61,675 nt of DNA from Candidatus Rokubacteria bacterium 13_1_40CM_68_15 (GTDB lineage Bacteria; Methylomirabilota; Methylomirabilia; Rokubacteriales; CSP1-6): NCBI GenBank assembly GCA_001917585.1, contig MNEG01000148.1:1-61675 (forward strand), given 5' to 3'. The translations under genes were made by a program, and so were the position numbers. Under the pieces are notes generated by a model that worked only from the letters and a program-made list of their open reading frames with translations, had not been told where the DNA came from and made no database searches. Shown here one piece after another: positions 17,510 through 26,059 of the stretch; position 1 is the stretch's first letter, and each line of letters opens with the position of its first letter.

Positions 17510-19263
17510 ATGGCTCAGACAGCCGCCGACGTCCTGATCGAGACGTTACAGGATTGGGGAACGGAAGTCGTCTTCGGGCTCCCCGGCGACGGCATCAACG
17601 GAATCATGGAAGCGTTGCGCAAGCGGCGGGAGCACATTCGCTTCATCCAGGTCCGTCACGAAGAGTCGGCGGCCTTCATGGCCTGCGGCTCCGCCAAGTT
17701 CACCGGCAAGCTCGGCGTGTGCCTGGCCACGTCGGGTCCCGGCGGTATCCATCTCATGAACGGTCTCTACGACGCGAAGCTCGACGGCCAGCCGGTCCTC
17801 GCCATCACCGGCCTGCCCTACCACGATCTGATCGCGACCCATACCCAGCAGGACGTCGAGCTCGACAAGGTCATGATGGACGTGGCCAAGTACAACGCGC
17901 GCGTGATGGGACCGACGCACGTCGAGAACGTCACCGATCTCGCCTGTCGCACGGCCCTCGCCTACCACGGTGTCTCCCACATCACCATTCCCGTCGACGT
18001 CCAGGAGATGGCCGCGGGCAAGGGACGCTCCAGGCGCAACGTTCCGGGCCACACCTCCGACGTGTTCGCGCGCAGCGCCCGGCTGCCCGATCCGGCGGAT
18101 CTCCAGCGGGCCGCGGCGGTCCTCAACGCCGGACGCAAAGTGGCGATCCTCACGGGTCGCGGCGGGCTCCGGGCCGGCAACGAGCTGGAGGCGGCGGCCG
18201 AGCGCCTGGCCGCGCCGATCGTGAAGGCGCTGCTCGGCAAGGCGGCCGTTCCCGACGACAGCCCGTTCACCACGGGCGCCATCGGCCTGCTCGGCACACG
18301 ACCGTCGCAGGAAGCGCCCGAGCAGTGCGACACGCTCCTCATCGTCGGCACGTCCTTCCCGTACATCGAGTTCTATCCCAAACCGGGCCAGGCGCGCGGC
18401 GTGCAGATCGAGCTCGATCCCATGCGGATCGGCCTGCGCTATCCGGTGGAGGTCGGCCTGGTCGGAGACAGCGCCGCCACGTTACGCGCGCTGCTGCCGC
18501 TGCTGCAGCGCAAGACCGACCGCAGCTTCCTCGAGCGCGCGCAGGCGGGCATGCGCGAGTGGTGGGAGCTGATGGAGAAGCAGGGCACGCGGCGGGACAC
18601 GCCGATGAAGCCTCAAGTCGTGGCCCACGAGCTGGGGCGACGACTACGTGACGACGCCATCGTCAGCTGCGACAGCGGCACGGTCGCCACCTGGTGGGCG
18701 CGCCACATCCCGGCCCGGCGCAACCAGATGCACTCGCTCTCCGGCAACCTCGCGACGATGGCCAACGGGTTTCCGTACGCCATCGGCGCCCAGATCGCCT
18801 ATCCGAATCGCCAGGTCGTGGCCTTCGTCGGCGACGGCGGATTCTCGATGCGCTCATGGCCGAGCTGGCCACGTGTGTGAAGTATCAGCTGCCCGTGAAG
18901 GTCGTGATCGTGAAGAACAACACGCTCGGACAGATCAAGTGGGAGCAGATGGTCTTTCTCGGCAATCCCGAATACGGTTGCGATCTGCAGCCGATCGACT
19001 TCGCGCTGTGCGCCCGGGCGTGTGGTGCGGCCGGCTTCACCATCGAGGATCCGGCCCAGTGCGGGGCAATCCTCGACGAGGCCTTGGCCACGTCGGGTCC
19101 CGCCGTCGTTCAGGCCGTCGTCGATCCGTTCGAGCCGCCGATGCCGGCCAAGGTCACGATGGAGCAGGCTGCGCACTTCGCGCAGTCGTTGATTCGCGGC
19201 GAGCCCAACCGCGAGAAGATCGCGCTGACGGTCCTGGCCGACAAGGTACGCGAGCTGGTGTAA
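17510..19263 (+). pseudogene. Pyruvate oxidase/PoxB-like thiamine-pyrophosphate enzyme, interrupted by a 2-nt insertion
   Basis: ATG 17510 (GGAGGTG SD). N-terminal and central TPP-enzyme domains lie in the frame of ORF 17195..18880, up to ...FVGDGGFSM. The conserved continuation LMAELATCVKYQLPVKVVIVKNN... is in the frame of ORF 18694..19263. An extra 'cg' at 18851-18852 separates the two. Confidence 0.8.
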
Positions 19264-19286
19264 GCACCCGGCCTGAGGGAGCGTCG

Positions 19287-19666
19287 ATGAGATCGAGAGT
19301 GTTGGCCGACTACGGAGAGAAAACGTGGATCCTGGTCTTCGACAAGGGCGACGAGGTCATCCACGCTCACGGCCTTCGCCAAGGCGCACGGCGTCCAGGC
19401 CGCGCACTTCACGGGCATCGGGGCCTTCAGCGAGGTGTCGCTTGGCGGTCCTATCCCTGATCGGCGACATCGCGCCCGACGATGACGCACCGAAGGTCCA
19501 CGCCCATGTCGTGGTTGGCCGCGCGGACGGGGCCGCCCACGGCGGCCATCTCCTGGACGGCCGCGTGTGGCCGACGCTGGAGCTCGTGCTGAGCGATGCG
19601 CCGAAGCGACTGCGCCGGCGGACCGATCCGGAAACCGGGCTCGCCCTGATCGATCCTGCCGCCTAG
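19287..19666 (+). pseudogene. PPC (DUF296) domain protein, decayed (at least two frame changes and a missing segment)
   Basis: Three pieces lie in three frames. They are MRSRVLADYGEKTWILVFDKGDEV (frame 1), STLTAFAKAHGVQAAHFTGIGAFSEVSLG (frame 2) and VLSLIGDIAPDDDAPKVHAHVVVGRADGAAHGGHLLDGRVWPTLELVL...DPETGLALI (frame 3). About 20 residues normally between pieces 2 and 3 are absent. Confidence 0.6.
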
Positions 19667-20094
19667 TGCTTCTGGCCGGGCGCCTGGAGCTCGGAGTACG
19701 AGTACACGCGCACGCGGTACTGTGCAGGCTGCTGCGGCGCGATGTCCACCAGCGGGGCGTCGGCCACGAAGTAGCGCCGGCTGAACGGCTCCATCTGGCT
19801 TCCGGGCACCCAGTTGACCTTCTGGGCGAGGATGCTGCCCGTGCCGTCCAGCGCGTCCACCAGGAGCTGGACTTCGCCAATCGTCTTGGGTGAAGAGTTG
19901 TAGAGATAGCCCTTCACGACCGGGTGCCCCTTCCACTCTCCGGCCTCCCAGTCGAGCTTGAACCAACGCTCCCAGCCCGGCATGTGCGGCTCGAGCAGCT
20001 TGTCGCTCCAGCCGGCGGTCGGGATCAAGGAAAGGGCAGCGAGGGCGACGACGATCAGCGTCAGACGACGGGCGAGGTAGCGCATGGCAGTCAA
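19663..20094 (-). CDS. Secreted hypothetical protein, paralog B (pairs with 17041..17430)
   Basis: 143 aa, signal-like N-terminus. About half of aligned residues are identical to paralog A by eye. Confidence 0.6.
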   Translation of the reverse strand: MTAMRYLARRLTLIVVALAALSLIPTAGWSDKLLEPHMPGWERWFKLDWEAGEWKGHPVVKGYLYNSSPKTIGEVQLLVDALDGTGSILAQKVNWVPGSQMEPFSRRYFVADAPLVDIAPQQPAQYRVRVYSYSELQAPGQKH

Positions 20095-20146
20095 CCTCCT
20101 GGCAACCTATCGTACCCCCGGTGAGCCGAGGCGGCGAGTGCGGCCC

Positions 20147-21430
20147 TCAGCGAGAGCCGCTGGCCCCGGCATAGCTCGAGGTCGCCCACTCGACGGCCTC
20201 GACGTAGATCCGGGCCGTCTCGCTCTCGTCGAGGCGCAGCTTGGCGGCGAAGAGACCGAACGTGTCCCACTCCGCCTGCTCGTACGCGAGCACGCAGGCG
20301 AGGACGTCGCGAAGCCGGTTGCGGTTGCCGAGGAGCGCCATCGTGACGTCGTCGGCCAGCGGCAGATCGGCGAGCACGTCGTGCATGGCGCGGCCGGTGA
20401 TGGCGTCGAGCAGCGAGAAGAGTCCCATGAGGAACAGCTCCTGGCCGCGCTCCTCGAGCTTCACGCTGGCCGCGATGACCTCGCAGAAGCGCGCGCGGAT
20501 CAGCGAGTTCACGAGGAGCTCGCTGGGCTGCTCGTGCGCGAGGCCGGCCAGGGCGACCACCGAGGCCCACTTACGCACGGCATCCTCGTCGAGGAGGGCC
20601 AGCGACTGCCGCACCGACGTGATCCGGTTGCGGAAGCTGAAGGCGACCGAATTGATGTAGGTCATCAGCTTGTACGTGAGCGACGGCTCACGCTTGATCA
20701 CGTCCTCGAGATCGCCGAAGTCGAGATCCGTCCGATTGATCTCGCGGAGCAGCTCCAGATAGCGCTGCTTGACGCCAGGGACGTCGCGGCCCGAGAGCAC
20801 GAGCGGCTTGGAGAAGAAGTAGCCCTGCAGGTACGTGTACCCCAGGCCGACCGCCTCGTCGAACTCGGCGCGCGTCTCGATCTTCTCGGCCAGCGCCTTG
20901 ATCTTGCGGGCGGCGATGAGGCCGGGAAGCGCGGCCTTGGTGCGGGCGTCGGAGCCGCGGAAGTCCACCTTGATGATGTCGGCGAAGCCGACCAGCGGGT
21001 TGTCCCAGTCGTCGCAGATCACGTCGTCGAGCGCGATCAGGTATCCGCGCTGCTTCAGATCACGGCAGGCGTCGAAGACCTCGTGGTCCTGCTCGACATC
21101 CTCGAGGATCTCGACCACGATGCTGTCCTTGGGCAGGAGCGTGGCGTAGCCCTTCACCAGCGTGTCGCGCGTGAAGTTGATGAACGCGCGCTTGCCGCCG
21201 GTGAGGCGCTGGAGGCCAAAGCGGAGGAAGCTGTCGGCGATGACCTTGATCGACGCGCGGTCGGGGTCCATCCCACCGAAGGCGTTCTTGAGGCCCGAGC
21301 GGAACAGGAGCTCGTACGCGTAGACCTGCCGATGCCGGTCGAAGATCGGCTGCCGCGCGACAAAGACCTCCGTCTGAGCCTGTTCGGTGTTCACGTAAGA
21401 GTTATCGGCGGCGGAGTGCCCAAGGCACAC
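20147..21430 (-). CDS. EAL + HDOD domain protein (c-di-GMP signalling, YuxH-like)
   Basis: 427 aa. QPIFDRHRQVYAYELLFRS, VVEILE, ALDDV, KVDF, AEKIET (EAL blocks), followed by an HDOD-like region (LELLREINRTD...SLTYKLMTYINS). Confidence 0.8.
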   Translation of the reverse strand: MCLGHSAADNSYVNTEQAQTEVFVARQPIFDRHRQVYAYELLFRSGLKNAFGGMDPDRASIKVIADSFLRFGLQRLTGGKRAFINFTRDTLVKGYATLLPKDSIVVEILEDVEQDHEVFDACRDLKQRGYLIALDDVICDDWDNPLVGFADIIKVDFRGSDARTKAALPGLIAARKIKALAEKIETRAEFDEAVGLGYTYLQGYFFSKPLVLSGRDVPGVKQRYLELLREINRTDLDFGDLEDVIKREPSLTYKLMTYINSVAFSFRNRITSVRQSLALLDEDAVRKWASVVALAGLAHEQPSELLVNSLIRARFCEVIAASVKLEERGQELFLMGLFSLLDAITGRAMHDVLADLPLADDVTMALLGNRNRLRDVLACVLAYEQAEWDTFGLFAAKLRLDESETARIYVEAVEWATSSYAGASGSR

Positions 21431-21463
21431 CCGGCCCGCCCGGGTTCCAGGCGGGACCGGGTT

Positions 21464-22282
21464 CTAGGCGCGGCCGGGTTCCGGCCGGCCTCGTACGCCA
21501 AAACGGCGCATGAGCCAGGCCAGCAAGCCGGGGGCGAGGCGCTGGATGCCGACCGTGAGCTTGCCGTGAACCGTGATGACCACTTCGCGGCGGCGACGGG
21601 CGACCGCGCGGACGATGATGGCGGCCGCCCGGTCGGCGGACATGACGAGCCACGTCGGCGCGTGGCGGCGGGCGTCGGGATGATGGATGCCGCGATTGTC
21701 GACCTGATGGATCTCGGAATTGATGAATCCCGGACTGATCAGCGTGACGGAGACGCCGTCGGGCGCCAGCTCACCATCGAGGGCCTGAGCCAGCGCGCGC
21801 ACGGAAAACTTGCTCATCGAGTACGCCGAGCCGCCTGGGAAGCCGACGTGGCCGGAGACACTGCCGAGGATCACGAGACGGCCGTGGGTGAGCTTGAGGT
21901 CGTCGAGTCCGGCGTAGACGGTGCGGAGCACACCGAAGACGTTGGTCTCGAACTGCCGGCGGTAGTCCTCGAGAGTCAGGCGGTCGACGCGGCCGACGAC
22001 GCCGAAGCCAGCGTTGGCCACGACGACCGAAACGCGCCCGAGTGCCTGCCGCGCGCGTGCCATCGCGCGCTCGACCTCCTCGTCGACGGTGACGTCGCAC
22101 GGAGTCACGACGACGCGTGCGCCGGCGGTTGTCAGCTCGGTGGCCAGCTCGTGCAAGCGCTCGACACGGCGGGCGGTGAGCGCTACGGCGGCGCCTTCCC
22201 GGGCGAAGCGCCGGGCCAGCGCCGCCCCGATTCCCGACGAGGCGCCGGTGATGAAGACGACTTCTCCCGCGAACGGCTTCAT
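21464..22282 (-). CDS. SDR family oxidoreductase
   Basis: Real start MKPFAGEVVFITGASSGIGAALA (ATG 22282) within ORF 21464..22435. NAG and YSMSKFS motifs. Confidence 0.85.
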   Translation of the reverse strand: MKPFAGEVVFITGASSGIGAALARRFAREGAAVALTARRVERLHELATELTTAGARVVVTPCDVTVDEEVERAMARARQALGRVSVVVANAGFGVVGRVDRLTLEDYRRQFETNVFGVLRTVYAGLDDLKLTHGRLVILGSVSGHVGFPGGSAYSMSKFSVRALAQALDGELAPDGVSVTLISPGFINSEIHQVDNRGIHHPDARRHAPTWLVMSADRAAAIIVRAVARRRREVVITVHGKLTVGIQRLAPGLLAWLMRRFGVRGRPEPGRA

Positions 22283-22380
22283 TGCGCGTGATGATCGAGG
22301 CGGGGCGGGGGTCGGGTCAAGCGTGACGGGCCGGGCCGCCGGGTGGAGGCCGGGCACCGTCTTGCCGGGCGAGCGCGGGA

Positions 22381-22686
22381 CTAGATCTTCGGCGGTGGTG
22401 GCGGCGCGGGCGGGGTCGCGCCCGCCGGCACCCACACCCAGTAATAAGGTGTGGTCCGGCCATCACCGTAGAGCTCGTATCGCCCTTCGGGATAGTTCAC
22501 CGTGCGCTGCGGCGCGGTCACGACCACGGTCGTGGACGGACTCGCCGCCGGGGTCGACGTCTGCTTCTCCACCCGGTACACACATCCACCGAGGACGCCC
22601 GCCATCACCAGCACCGAAGCGGCGAGCGCGAACGCGCGCACCCTGGGTCGAATGCGAGCATGGAGAACCGCATCTGAAGTCTGCAT
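22381..22686 (-). CDS. Hypothetical lipoprotein with Pro-rich C-terminus
   Basis: Start MQTSDAV... (ATG 22686, GGAGGTGG SD). Lipobox VLGGC. The upstream part of the 143-aa ORF would run into the tRNA and is rejected. Confidence 0.5.
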   Translation of the reverse strand: MQTSDAVLHARIRPRVRAFALAASVLVMAGVLGGCVYRVEKQTSTPAASPSTTVVVTAPQRTVNYPEGRYELYGDGRTTPYYWVWVPAGATPPAPPPPPKI

Positions 22687-22743
22687 GTCGTCCACCTCCA
22701 CCGCCGGGACGAGCAATTCGCAGGCCACCGGCGCGCTGGAACG

Positions 22744-22772
22744 TTGACCGTCCGGGAGGCGCGTGTTAGCGT
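22744..22772 (+). promoter_or_regulatory. Candidate sigma70-type promoter for tRNA-Asp
   Basis: TTGACC (22744-22749), 17-nt spacer, TAGCGT (22767-22772), 13 nt before the tRNA 5' end. The -10 is weak. Confidence 0.3.
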
Positions 22773-22785
22773 GTGAAGGCTGCGT

Positions 22786-22863
22786 GGGCTCGTGGTGCAG
22801 CCTGGTTAGCACACTGGACTGTCAATCCAGAGGTCGCGGGTTCAAGTCCCGTCGAGCCCGCCA
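22786..22863 (+). tRNA. tRNA-Asp (anticodon GTC), CCA encoded
   Basis: Hand-folded cloverleaf. Acceptor GGGCTCG/CGAGCCC, D-arm GTGC...GCAC, anticodon arm CTGGA-CTGTCAA-TCCAG, variable AGGTC, T-arm GCGGG-TTCAAGT-CCCGT, discriminator G, CCA. Confidence 0.93.
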
Positions 22864-22883
22864 AAAATTTCCAGTAGCTGGAA

Positions 22884-22913
22884 GGGGCGGTTCGCCACCG
22901 CCCCTTTCGTTTG
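22884..22913 (+). terminator. Rho-independent terminator after tRNA-Asp
   Basis: GGGGCGG(T)-loop-(A)CCGCCCC hairpin followed by TTTCGTTTG. Confidence 0.6.
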
Positions 22914-23037
22914 TCCGCTCGGCGCCCCCAACGGACTGATTCGAATACTATCGCGTCCACGCGAAGTGTCCCGCGACTGTAGTACCCTCGCGCTCACGTG
23001 GCGCGGCCACGAGCGCTCACGGGAGGGGAGAGGAGCC

Positions 23038-23487
23038 ATGAGGCGTGCTCTGTGCTTCGGGATCACGGCAGTGCTCCTCGCGGGATGCATGAGCCTTCAT
23101 GAAGTCCGGCAGACGCGGCCGACGAGACAGGCCATCACCGCCGGCGACTATTCCATTCTCGCCAACTGCGTGGCCGAGGGCCTGCAGACGGCGCGCCGCA
23201 GCGGGGACCTTCTGCTCGAACCCGGCGACCTGATCTACCAGGTGATCCAGCGCTCGGAGCAGCGTCGCGCGACCGTGACGGGCTATGCCTTCGGAGGCAA
23301 CTGGCAGCTTCCCCTCATCGATCTCACTTTCACCCAACAGCAAGCCGGGGTTCTCATCGAAACGCGTCTTCTCCGATTCCAGGGCGGAGATCATCCGGCC
23401 CTCGGCGCAAAACGGGTAGACGAGCGTGCCTGGCCGATCGTGGAGACGTGCGCCGGTGGAAGCGTCGTGAACATGCCGGCAAGCTGA
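23038..23487 (+). CDS. Hypothetical lipoprotein
   Basis: ATG 23038 with GGAGAGGAG SD. MRRALCFGITAVLLAGC lipobox. No family recognised. Confidence 0.55.
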   Translation: MRRALCFGITAVLLAGCMSLHEVRQTRPTRQAITAGDYSILANCVAEGLQTARRSGDLLLEPGDLIYQVIQRSEQRRATVTGYAFGGNWQLPLIDLTFTQQQAGVLIETRLLRFQGGDHPALGAKRVDERAWPIVETCAGGSVVNMPAS

Positions 23488-23548
23488 TGACCGACGACCA
23501 TCCTCACGTCCGGCTCGGTCGGCTGCGTGCTCGGCCGAGGCGGCCCTC

Positions 23549-23746
23549 GTGAACGCGCCGCACGATCCACGACGAGGGGCGGCGCCGGGCCCGATCAAGG
23601 ACAGGCGGCAATCCGTCTGTGCGTTGTGCAGCGAGCGCGTCGATCTGCGCGAGGACCACTATCGGATGAGGTCGGAGTTTCGGGTACACCGGGCCGTCGT
23701 TCACGTCGAGTGCTATGCGAAGCTCAAGCGCGAGCGTGGCGAGTGA
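23549..23746 (+). CDS. Small hypothetical protein with CxxC...HxxC pattern (possible zinc-ribbon)
   Basis: 65-aa ORF with high GC3. CALC...HVEC. Its stop overlaps a GTG that opens the next small ORF. Confidence 0.35.
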   Translation: MNAPHDPRRGAAPGPIKDRRQSVCALCSERVDLREDHYRMRSEFRVHRAVVHVECYAKLKRERGE

Positions 23747-23964
23747 CGCCACGCTTCACAACCCTGGCCCTGCTGCCCCTGCAACTCCGCGTTGGCGATC
23801 GCGTCGTCCATGACAAAGGGGAGTGGGAGGTCATCGGTGGCCCCTGGAGCATGGCCGCCGGGGAGACGGTCTATGTCTTCATCCAGCGCCCGGGCGATCC
23901 CGGCACGAAGAGAGAGCTTTCATGGGCGGCGCACGAGAAGATTACGGTCCGAAGGACGGCGTGA
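23743..23964 (+). CDS. Small hypothetical protein (73 aa)
   Basis: GTGA overlap with the preceding small ORF. Globular-looking sequence (LRVGDRVVHDKGEWEVIGGPWSMAAGETVYVFIQ). Confidence 0.35.
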   Translation: MTPRFTTLALLPLQLRVGDRVVHDKGEWEVIGGPWSMAAGETVYVFIQRPGDPGTKRELSWAAHEKITVRRTA

Positions 23965-24307
23965 GGACTCGGCCTCGGCCTCGTGGCCGTTGCCGTCACG
24001 CCGCGGTGAATTGAACCCGCGCCGTCCGTCGTCCCGCCAAGTAAACGACGAACGACGCGGGCTTATGTAAAGGCGCGCCGCGCGCCGGGGGGCACGGATC
24101 CCGGCGAACGACGCTGGTCGCCCTGCGCTGCGTGCGAGGCCGTGTGGTCCCGCGACAACCCCGAGCGTCGCAGCGATATAGTGCAAAAGGCCTACCGAAC
24201 CACGAAGCATTGGGTTGACGCGCATTAAGCGAACGCCGCATATCGTCGGCCGCCGAACACGTAAACTTCTCCGACGATCCTCACCGAGTGGCCGTCGTTG
24301 TGCGCCG

Positions 24308-24943
24308 CTACACGGCGACGTAGCGGTTGTTCCAGCGGTCCTGGAAGACGATTTCGGCCAGAGGGCGGCCGCGGCCCACCGGACCGAACTTCCCCATCGG
24401 ATAACCGATGGGGAGGATGGCGTAGGAGTGCACGCCAGGCGGAAGCCCGAGAGCGGCTTCCGTCTCCTTCTCGTACATCAAATGGCGTGTCGTGAGCGTG
24501 GCGCCCAGGCCGAGGGCACGCGCGGTGAGCAGCATGTTCTGCACGGCGGGATAAATGGACGCGCCCGAGCCGCGGTTCGGCGTGCCCGTGCCGTGGTCCA
24601 GACACGCGACGATCCACACGGGTGCCTCGTGGAAGTGGTCGGTGAGGTATTCCACCGCGGCCATCTGCCGCAGGTAGGCCTCCTTGGTCACGCCGGGCGG
24701 CGGCGCGGCGGTGCGATACTGCGGTCCCATGACCTCGTCGAACGCGCGTTTGTAAAAGACCTGCACCTGCTGCTTGATCGCGGGATCCTTCACGACGAGG
24801 AAGCGCCAGGTCTGGAGGTTGGCGCCGTTCGGCGCACAGACCCCGGCCGCGAGGATCTTGCGGATGAGGTCATCGGGTACGGGGTCGGGCTTGAGGCGGC
24901 GCATCGCGCGCATGGTCTGCATGGTCTCGAACAGCTCGGGCAT
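24308..24943 (-). CDS. Nitroreductase family protein
   Basis: Start MPELFETMQTMRAMRRLKPDPVP (ATG 24943, AAGGAGA SD). APNGANLQTWRFLVV block typical of the family. Confidence 0.85.
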   Translation of the reverse strand: MPELFETMQTMRAMRRLKPDPVPDDLIRKILAAGVCAPNGANLQTWRFLVVKDPAIKQQVQVFYKRAFDEVMGPQYRTAAPPPGVTKEAYLRQMAAVEYLTDHFHEAPVWIVACLDHGTGTPNRGSGASIYPAVQNMLLTARALGLGATLTTRHLMYEKETEAALGLPPGVHSYAILPIGYPMGKFGPVGRGRPLAEIVFQDRWNNRYVAV

Positions 24944-25119
24944 GGTCCGTCTCCTTGGCTCTGAACCGGGTGCGACGCGACAGGGCGATGACACTTTTGT
25001 CATCCATCAAGCCGTCGCGACACGCTGTCGAGTGATCGTCGGTTCGGATCGTGTTCTAAGTTAGCGATCTCGGCGGTGTTCGCGGATGGCATCCTGTGTG
25101 CAGCCCGCAGCAGTACGAC

Positions 25120-25521
25120 ATGGCGCGGATCCTCCTGGTCGAAGACGATCGTGACCTCCTCGACGTGCTCCGCGACATCCTCACCAAGGCCCGTCACGAG
25201 GTCTTGTTGGCTTCAGGCGCGCGGGACGGGCTCGTGCTTTATCGTGCGCATCAGCCCGATCTCGTCATCACCGACATCTTCCTTCCCGACGAATCCGGTC
25301 TCAATCTGATCTTCGAGCTCACTCGGACGAGTGGCGTGAAGGTCATTGCGATTTCGGGGGGAGGCAGCCACGCCGGCATCGACTTCCTTGACTGCGCCGA
25401 GAAGTTTGGCGCCTGGCGCGTCCTGAACAAGCCCCTGCGGCGAGAGCAGCTATTATCGGCGGTGGCCGATGCTTGTGGGGACCGCATCCAGCATCCTGCT
25501 GCGACTCATCGTAGCGCCTGA
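25120..25521 (+). CDS. Stand-alone response-regulator receiver domain protein
   Basis: MARILLVEDDRD...DLVITDIFLPDESG...KVIAISG...LNKP, the CheY-like DD/D/S/K pattern. GTG 25096 is an alternative start. Confidence 0.8.
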   Translation: MARILLVEDDRDLLDVLRDILTKARHEVLLASGARDGLVLYRAHQPDLVITDIFLPDESGLNLIFELTRTSGVKVIAISGGGSHAGIDFLDCAEKFGAWRVLNKPLRREQLLSAVADACGDRIQHPAATHRSA

Positions 25522-25627
25522 CCTGGAGCGACTCCGGGCCAGCGCTTTCCGCCTGTCCCGAGCCCCGGCCCACGCAGCGTCGACGGCCTCGGACGAATCG
25601 CCGTAACTTCGCGCGACGTCGGCGCCG

Positions 25628-25879
25628 TCAGCGCGGCGGCTCGAGAACGAGGCCGAGACGATGCAAGGCGCCGCAGGGATCGGCCGCGGCGTCGACCCGT
25701 ATGATCGGCGCCCGCTGGGCCAGCTCGCGCACTCGATACGCGCACGCCACCGACTGCCAGGCGCGGGCCTGACGCCGCTGCTCGTAGCCCCATGCGAAGG
25801 GGGCCAGCACCAGCGCGATGAGCGCGATCGCCGCCAGCGCTTTGAGAATGGACTCCACTTCCGGTCTGAAGATTCGCAT
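25628..25879 (-). CDS. Hypothetical small membrane protein
   Basis: One predicted TM helix (ILKALAAIALIALVLAPFAWGY). Start guessed at MRIFRPE. Weak support. Confidence 0.3.
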   Translation of the reverse strand: MRIFRPEVESILKALAAIALIALVLAPFAWGYEQRRQARAWQSVACAYRVRELAQRAPIIRVDAAADPCGALHRLGLVLEPPR

Positions 25880-26032
25880 CGTCACCGTGCTCCAGTGTCC
25901 GACGAGGTTGCGGCATTCCGACTCGACCGTGAGAAATACCGCATCTCGGGAGCGGATTCCACCACGATCCGTACCTCGCCACCGGGCGGGCACCGACCGA
26001 GCTGTGATCGGCCGCCAGTCATGAGGCCGAGC

Positions 26033-26057
26033 GCAGGTTCAAGTCTCGTCGAGCGCG
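26033..26057 (+). repeat. Degenerate direct copy of the tRNA-Asp 3' end (att-like scar)
   Basis: gcaggttcaagtctcgtcgagcgcg versus tRNA 22836-22860 gcgggttcaagtcccgtcgagcccg. 22 of 25 identical, same orientation, intergenic. Confidence 0.5.
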
Positions 26058-26059
26058 TC

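Noticed and set aside
20084-22291. 735-aa plus-strand ORF spanning the EAL-HDOD and SDR genes
   Set aside because: It is antisense to two well-supported genes on the minus strand and has no recognisable domain. Its composition is typical of off-frame GC-rich translation.
24014-24059. Imperfect 17-bp hairpin (cccgcgccgtccgtcgt...acgacgaacgacgcggg) downstream of the mini-ORFs, as a terminator or riboswitch
   Set aside because: It has two C-A mismatches and a 12-nt loop, no U-tract, and no conserved riboswitch core that I can recognise. It may be a weak terminator, but support is insufficient.
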